Assembly: GCA_965206195.1 (NCBI GenBank)
Contig: CBDBIZ010000006.1
Span: 68,563-132,562 of the forward strand
Direction: 5' to 3'
Length of the DNA stretch: 64,000 nt
Origin: Gammaproteobacteria bacterium
GTDB lineage: Bacteria > Pseudomonadota > Gammaproteobacteria > PS1 > Pseudothioglobaceae
The notes below the pieces were generated by a model. That model saw only the letters and a program-made list of their open reading frames with translations. It was not told the DNA's origin and searched no databases. Both the position numbers and the translations under genes were made by a program. Of this stretch, positions 59,123-64,000 are shown one piece after another (positions within the stretch are counted from its first letter, which is position 1; each line of letters begins with the position of its first letter).

Positions 59123-62100
59123 AATGGTTTTTGGGCACATTGTTACTGACTTCAGGTAGAGTGTGTTCACATAAATATATTTGTTTGTATTTGCTCATTA
59201 CTCATGTATTTCCTTCCCCCTCCGCCTCACACATACATCACCACCCCCAGGAAATTTGAAACCTAAAAAACACACATCATGCCAATGACCCCAATTTTGA
59301 TAAACAGATTGCAATGACACCTCCACTCCCATGGATCCCAATGTGCTCCATAAAAAATCTAGTGGCCTTCAGAGTTTTACTCTTGTAGGAGTTCGCTCAT
59401 ATATGCATGCACCTGTCTATCCACCAACTGAACCACTGACGAACACAACCACACACACACTAACAGACACACGCACAGGAATAACGAGTGAGAGAGATAA
59501 TACATGCATTCTTAATTGCTTGTAATTAATGTGGTGACAGAACAGGATGGTATAACACTTCCTTTTAACTAATTATCGAAATGTTTGTGTTTTGTCTTTT
59601 TAATAGCAGGTTCATTTCTTACTCTGTAGGAAGTAAGTAAACAGTGTCAGTACTGCCGGGCTGCCATTTATAACTTTGGTTCAGACTGATTATTGAAATC
59701 ATCTCTCATGCATGATGCTTTACCTCCACCATTAAATTTCAAGATATATGGTTACGCTTACGAGACCATTATTGAATGTGGTTAAATATTTGGGTTGCTG
59801 TATTATTCTCAAAATGACACATAATTAAAATATCACAATATATATTTTATTGAAGTTCACCTTTATAGCTGACTTCATCTTTGGATATTATAGCCAGCTA
59901 CTACTACTAACCAGCTAGAGCTGTAGTTCATTGTTTGTCTGTTTTTACCAAGCACTACCGCTAAACTAATTGTTAGATCAAGTTTAGATTTAGAGCTGAA
60001 TTCTTACCTACTACCCAAAAATTAATCCCTTATTCCACGTTGGATCAATTCATCATAGTCCACTTCTACCTAATTCAATATTTCCTCTTCTTGGTTCCCG
60101 CAAAAATTATTTTCGCTTTTCTACTTTTAATTCAATCTTTTCATTGATCCCTAATATCTTATACAGAGACAGGAAGACATAGGGAACTGAATGAAATTTG
60201 AATGTTTATTTTTTAAACAGTCGCTTCAAAACGTTTTTCTAAAACTTATGCAGGCCAGTGAACATGAAGGGATTAAACACAAATAATAATATAGAGAGTA
60301 TTACTCCATCCATCTTTATTGATTGAACTGAATTACATTTTTATTGAACACCTGCAAGATCTTTTTTTTTCCCAGCCAAGTGAAACATATCTTCTAAAAT
60401 TTGTTCAGAAGGGTCTGGTGTCTTCCAAATACAAATTTGGTTCACTTGGCTGTGAATCATGGATAACAGTACTTCATTCGTATTGCATGTGCCACCTTTT
60501 TTTATACTTTCTTTTTTCTTTTTTTTTTTATTTAAAATAGCATTTGTATTATATGCTTGATGGGTGTGCAACTCAATCAAATTGTTGCATGCATAAATTT
60601 GGCAAAGCAACCAACTATGATACTGTCAAATGTATTGCAGTAGGACAGATATGGTATGCCACAGAAGCCACACCCTCTGGATAATGTTTTAAAAGGTGTG
60701 GCCAGCCAGACTAGCGTTCCTCCACCTTCACCCACCCCACCTCCCAACAGGCATCTCCAACTATGAGGAAACATGTCAGTGTTTGTTTGTTGATATCTTT
60801 TTTTGGTTTCCTTCAAGGAAATTAATTTTAAACTGGCATTGCAAATTAGCCAATTCAATATTTACCCTGCACCTATGAAAATCACAATTTCTTTAAGGTG
60901 ATAATGATTTCTTCTATACTGATAATCATTTCACACTTAAGTGGTACTATATTTTATTTTAATGTTTCAAAGTGATAATGATATTCCAGAATTGTAGGCA
61001 TAGCAACAGGCAATTATTATTATTTATTCAACACCCCTCCTTCTTTTAGAGCATTAACCTTCTTGTTGTTTGAGGGTTGGAAATCAGTTTTGCACTTAAC
61101 TTTACCAAACTTAGTAATATAAAGTAACCTATCACCTAAGAAAAAAAGTTACTGGCACACATTAATAAAAAAATTTAAAAAAAAACAGAAGTAACACTTT
61201 GCCTTTTAAAACTGGGTCCCACAAGCTCTGTATCATTACGACTGAATTCTGACCAGATTTTTTTGTTGAAGTTAGATATTTTTGAAGCTGTTATTATTTT
61301 CTGGACTTTATTTTCATATCAGTAACTTTCTTTTGTTTTCTAATCTGCAGTAATAATTTAAACCTCATACATCAGTATTTATCCCGCTGGAGTAATTGAA
61401 GAATCTTGATAATTACAGTAATATAGGTTACCTTAATCTCAGTACTTACCGTTGTACTCTTCAGAAATGTCCAAGGAGGATTCTTCCAAGCATTTGTACA
61501 TTTCTCTTCTATTGACCCTTCTCTGGTGTCATTCACCTTCTGTGTATTTCTGTAATAGTTATACAGTTTATTATAAATAAGCCGCAAAGTGAAGTTGGTA
61601 CTGAATAATTAAAAACTTTTCAAGGCTTCACTCCAACTTGATGAGAAAAAAGAGAACCGGTTTCTTAATGGACACGTGGTAGCCTAAATTGGGAAAGTAA
61701 CCAAAATTGGCGGGTTGAAAATTACTTAACAGCTTAGAAATAATTTCCCTCTGAGTATGCTCATAGCTAAAAACGTTTAATAAGATATTTAGCCATATCA
61801 AAATTATGACCTTAAATGAAACTGTTAGCAGTAGGATTGAGAAGGAGTGAAATTCCATTGAAAGGAGGCCAAATCCAAAAGGAAGGGATTGTTTAAATGG
61901 AGTAATAAGAGAAAGAAGAGACATTTCCTTTATATGTCTGAATATTTTATCCCCAACTGAAGCAGCTCTTCACATCCATGCAGTATTCAACCTTTGGTTC
62001 AAATTAAGGTTTAGTCTTCAGAAATGCAACTTACCCTTTGCTGGAGATATTTCAATAGGAAACAGAATTTGTAGCAATGATACAGTATTTAGTCTAGTTA

Positions 62101-64000
62101 ACCAAATTGCTATTTAAACAAACCTAATAGTTGAAAAAAACAAAAACAAAAAATAAATAAATAAAATAATGAAAAAAAAATTAAAATAAAAAAAATACGT
62201 TTCACTGGAATACTTTCTTCATTTTGAAGAGAAGACTTGTCTAACAATTTGCTATGACAGCTCAAAGTATTCACTATTACTAGAGGTTCTGTTTCGTGGT
62301 TTGAACATTACAAGTAAGAATATATGACAGGTTCATAGAAAATGATATACAACTTCCACTAAGTACTGTAGATTTGGAATATAATTATTCTTTTTTTTCT
62401 CTTTCTGCAATGTTAAAGCACTAATGGCGGATACAGAGTGGGGAGTGAGCCATTATTGACTAAATTCCTAATAGCTCAGATCCACGATAAAGCCACAGTA
62501 ATGTAAAATAGATTTGAGCTGATTGAAGCCTACCCCACTGAAGTTTTCAGGTGAAATCAAGTGGAACCTGTTGGGATGAATGAAGGTGTATTGTGGACGT
62601 GTGAAATCCGTTCCAGACACAGGCGAAGACAGTTTTATTGTGCAATATGGACAAGGTTTAATATTGGCGAGATTAGATGGTAATGTTGTAACTATCTATC
62701 ATTATTTTAAGTATATTGCACAGTGTTTGACATTTAGTATAATTTTGTATATTTTGTTGATATGAGTCGTAAATTTACAATGCCTCAATTATTTCCCTAT
62801 TGTTGTTCATTTTCTAAAGTAGTTAAGCAATTGGGGGAAAATAATGTGGAGCTTGGGATTATGGCTTGACTACTTTACTCCTAATCTTAACATGTCTGTT
62901 ACTGCATATGGTGAAATTAAGCGTAATTATGTAAAAAAATTAAAAAAATTATCAAAGAATAATGACTTTTGTCTTTGATTTCATCTGACCACAATTACGC
63001 GACATACAATGAGTGTAACTAAAAAGTTGTGTTTCCTTTATAGACATGTCGACTAAACAAGGATCAATAATAAGGCAGAGTGTATTCAGGTACCTCAGTT
63101 AAAAACAATGTTAAAGTTGGTGAGATTTGATTGTCATTCATTATATAACGGTTATGCTCGAATTTTTGCCTACTTTTCTCTTCTTTTATTGTCATCTCTT
63201 TTTCTTTCCATTTGATGCATTTTTCTTTTTTACATACCTAATTTTATAAATTATGCTCAATAACAAACAAACGTTGAGTGTTACAACATAAAACAAGCAA
63301 AGGGCCCAGTCATTCAATACTTGAAACATTTAAACAGTTAATATTAACTCTATATATGACCCTGACTAAGTATTCCACAATTTAACAAGTGGGACATGAA
63401 AGGTGTGGATAATCTCTTACTGTGATACAATCATTCACTCAAATTTATGATTAAAAGTTCTTTTATTTCTTTTTCTGAAGATCTACCTATTCTTCCTAAA
63501 ACACTACCTTTTTTTTCCTGAAAGTCATCATTTTTTGGAAAGTCTGACTATTTTTCCAGCATTACTCTAGCAACTCAGAAACACCATCTTTACCCAACAT
63601 TATGCCAACATAATCCGTAAAGGCCCAATATTGGCTTCTATATATTCATATATTTGTGGATAAGGTAGTGCAACAATGTAAACAAGTCATATGGAAAATC
63701 GCACCCACTAATTTTATTATGCTCTTACTGTGCAGACACGGTAATTGCTGCAAATGCTCTCTCTCATTTTAGATTAAGACATAGGAGATAGAATTAGTAT
63801 GTTGCCTGAAAATATCTATCTACATTATAGAGTGAGAATAGTCTGTCTCTTTGTCTGTGTATCCATGATTCACACTTGAACGGTTGAAGTTAGACCTCCC
63901 CTCCTTCCCCACATACACATGCCCACTAACTGCTTAACACCATACTGCCCACATGCACCTCATTTAGACCACACCATGTCAGAAAACACCAAGGCCAGCC

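Overview
AT-rich metazoan (invertebrate-like) nuclear DNA with GT-AG introns, many micro/minisatellites and decayed retroelements. I saw no tRNA or rRNA genes and no prokaryotic features. Positions 1-23 kb carry three spliced regulatory-protein genes on the + strand. They are a divergent T-box gene (619-6168), a divergent PRD-like homeobox gene (about 10.98-12.78 kb) and a chromodomain gene (20252-22063) whose C-terminus resembles a BET-type ET domain. The T-box gene has a 1-nt frame break and an in-frame TAG. The homeobox gene has an in-frame TGA at homeodomain position 57. In both genes the same frame stays open well past the stop. The rest of the window (24340-64000) is one very large inverted duplication. 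The left arm is 24340-39293 and the right arm is 46142-64000, cut by the window end. A 6.85-kb non-palindromic spacer (39294-46141) separates them. The arms look about 99% or more identical. A roughly 2.9-kb block showed no differences in the parts I compared, and it sits next to a block with about 1% divergence. The left arm lacks two segments that the right arm has, of 174 bp and 2,732 bp. Each arm carries a five-exon GYF-domain (GIGYF-like) gene segment, a non-LTR reverse-transcriptase fragment, an intronless F-box/LRR ORF and an unprocessed pseudogene of the cytoplasmic dynein heavy chain stalk region. The F-box/LRR ORF is full length only in the right arm and has one in-frame TAA. The dynein pseudogene runs from the left arm into the spacer and partly restarts there. 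The right inner breakpoint truncates a CpG-rich Penelope-like retroelement fragment. All protein similarities were judged by eye against remembered family motifs, and no database search was possible. A head-to-head haplotype mis-assembly is a live alternative explanation for the palindrome.
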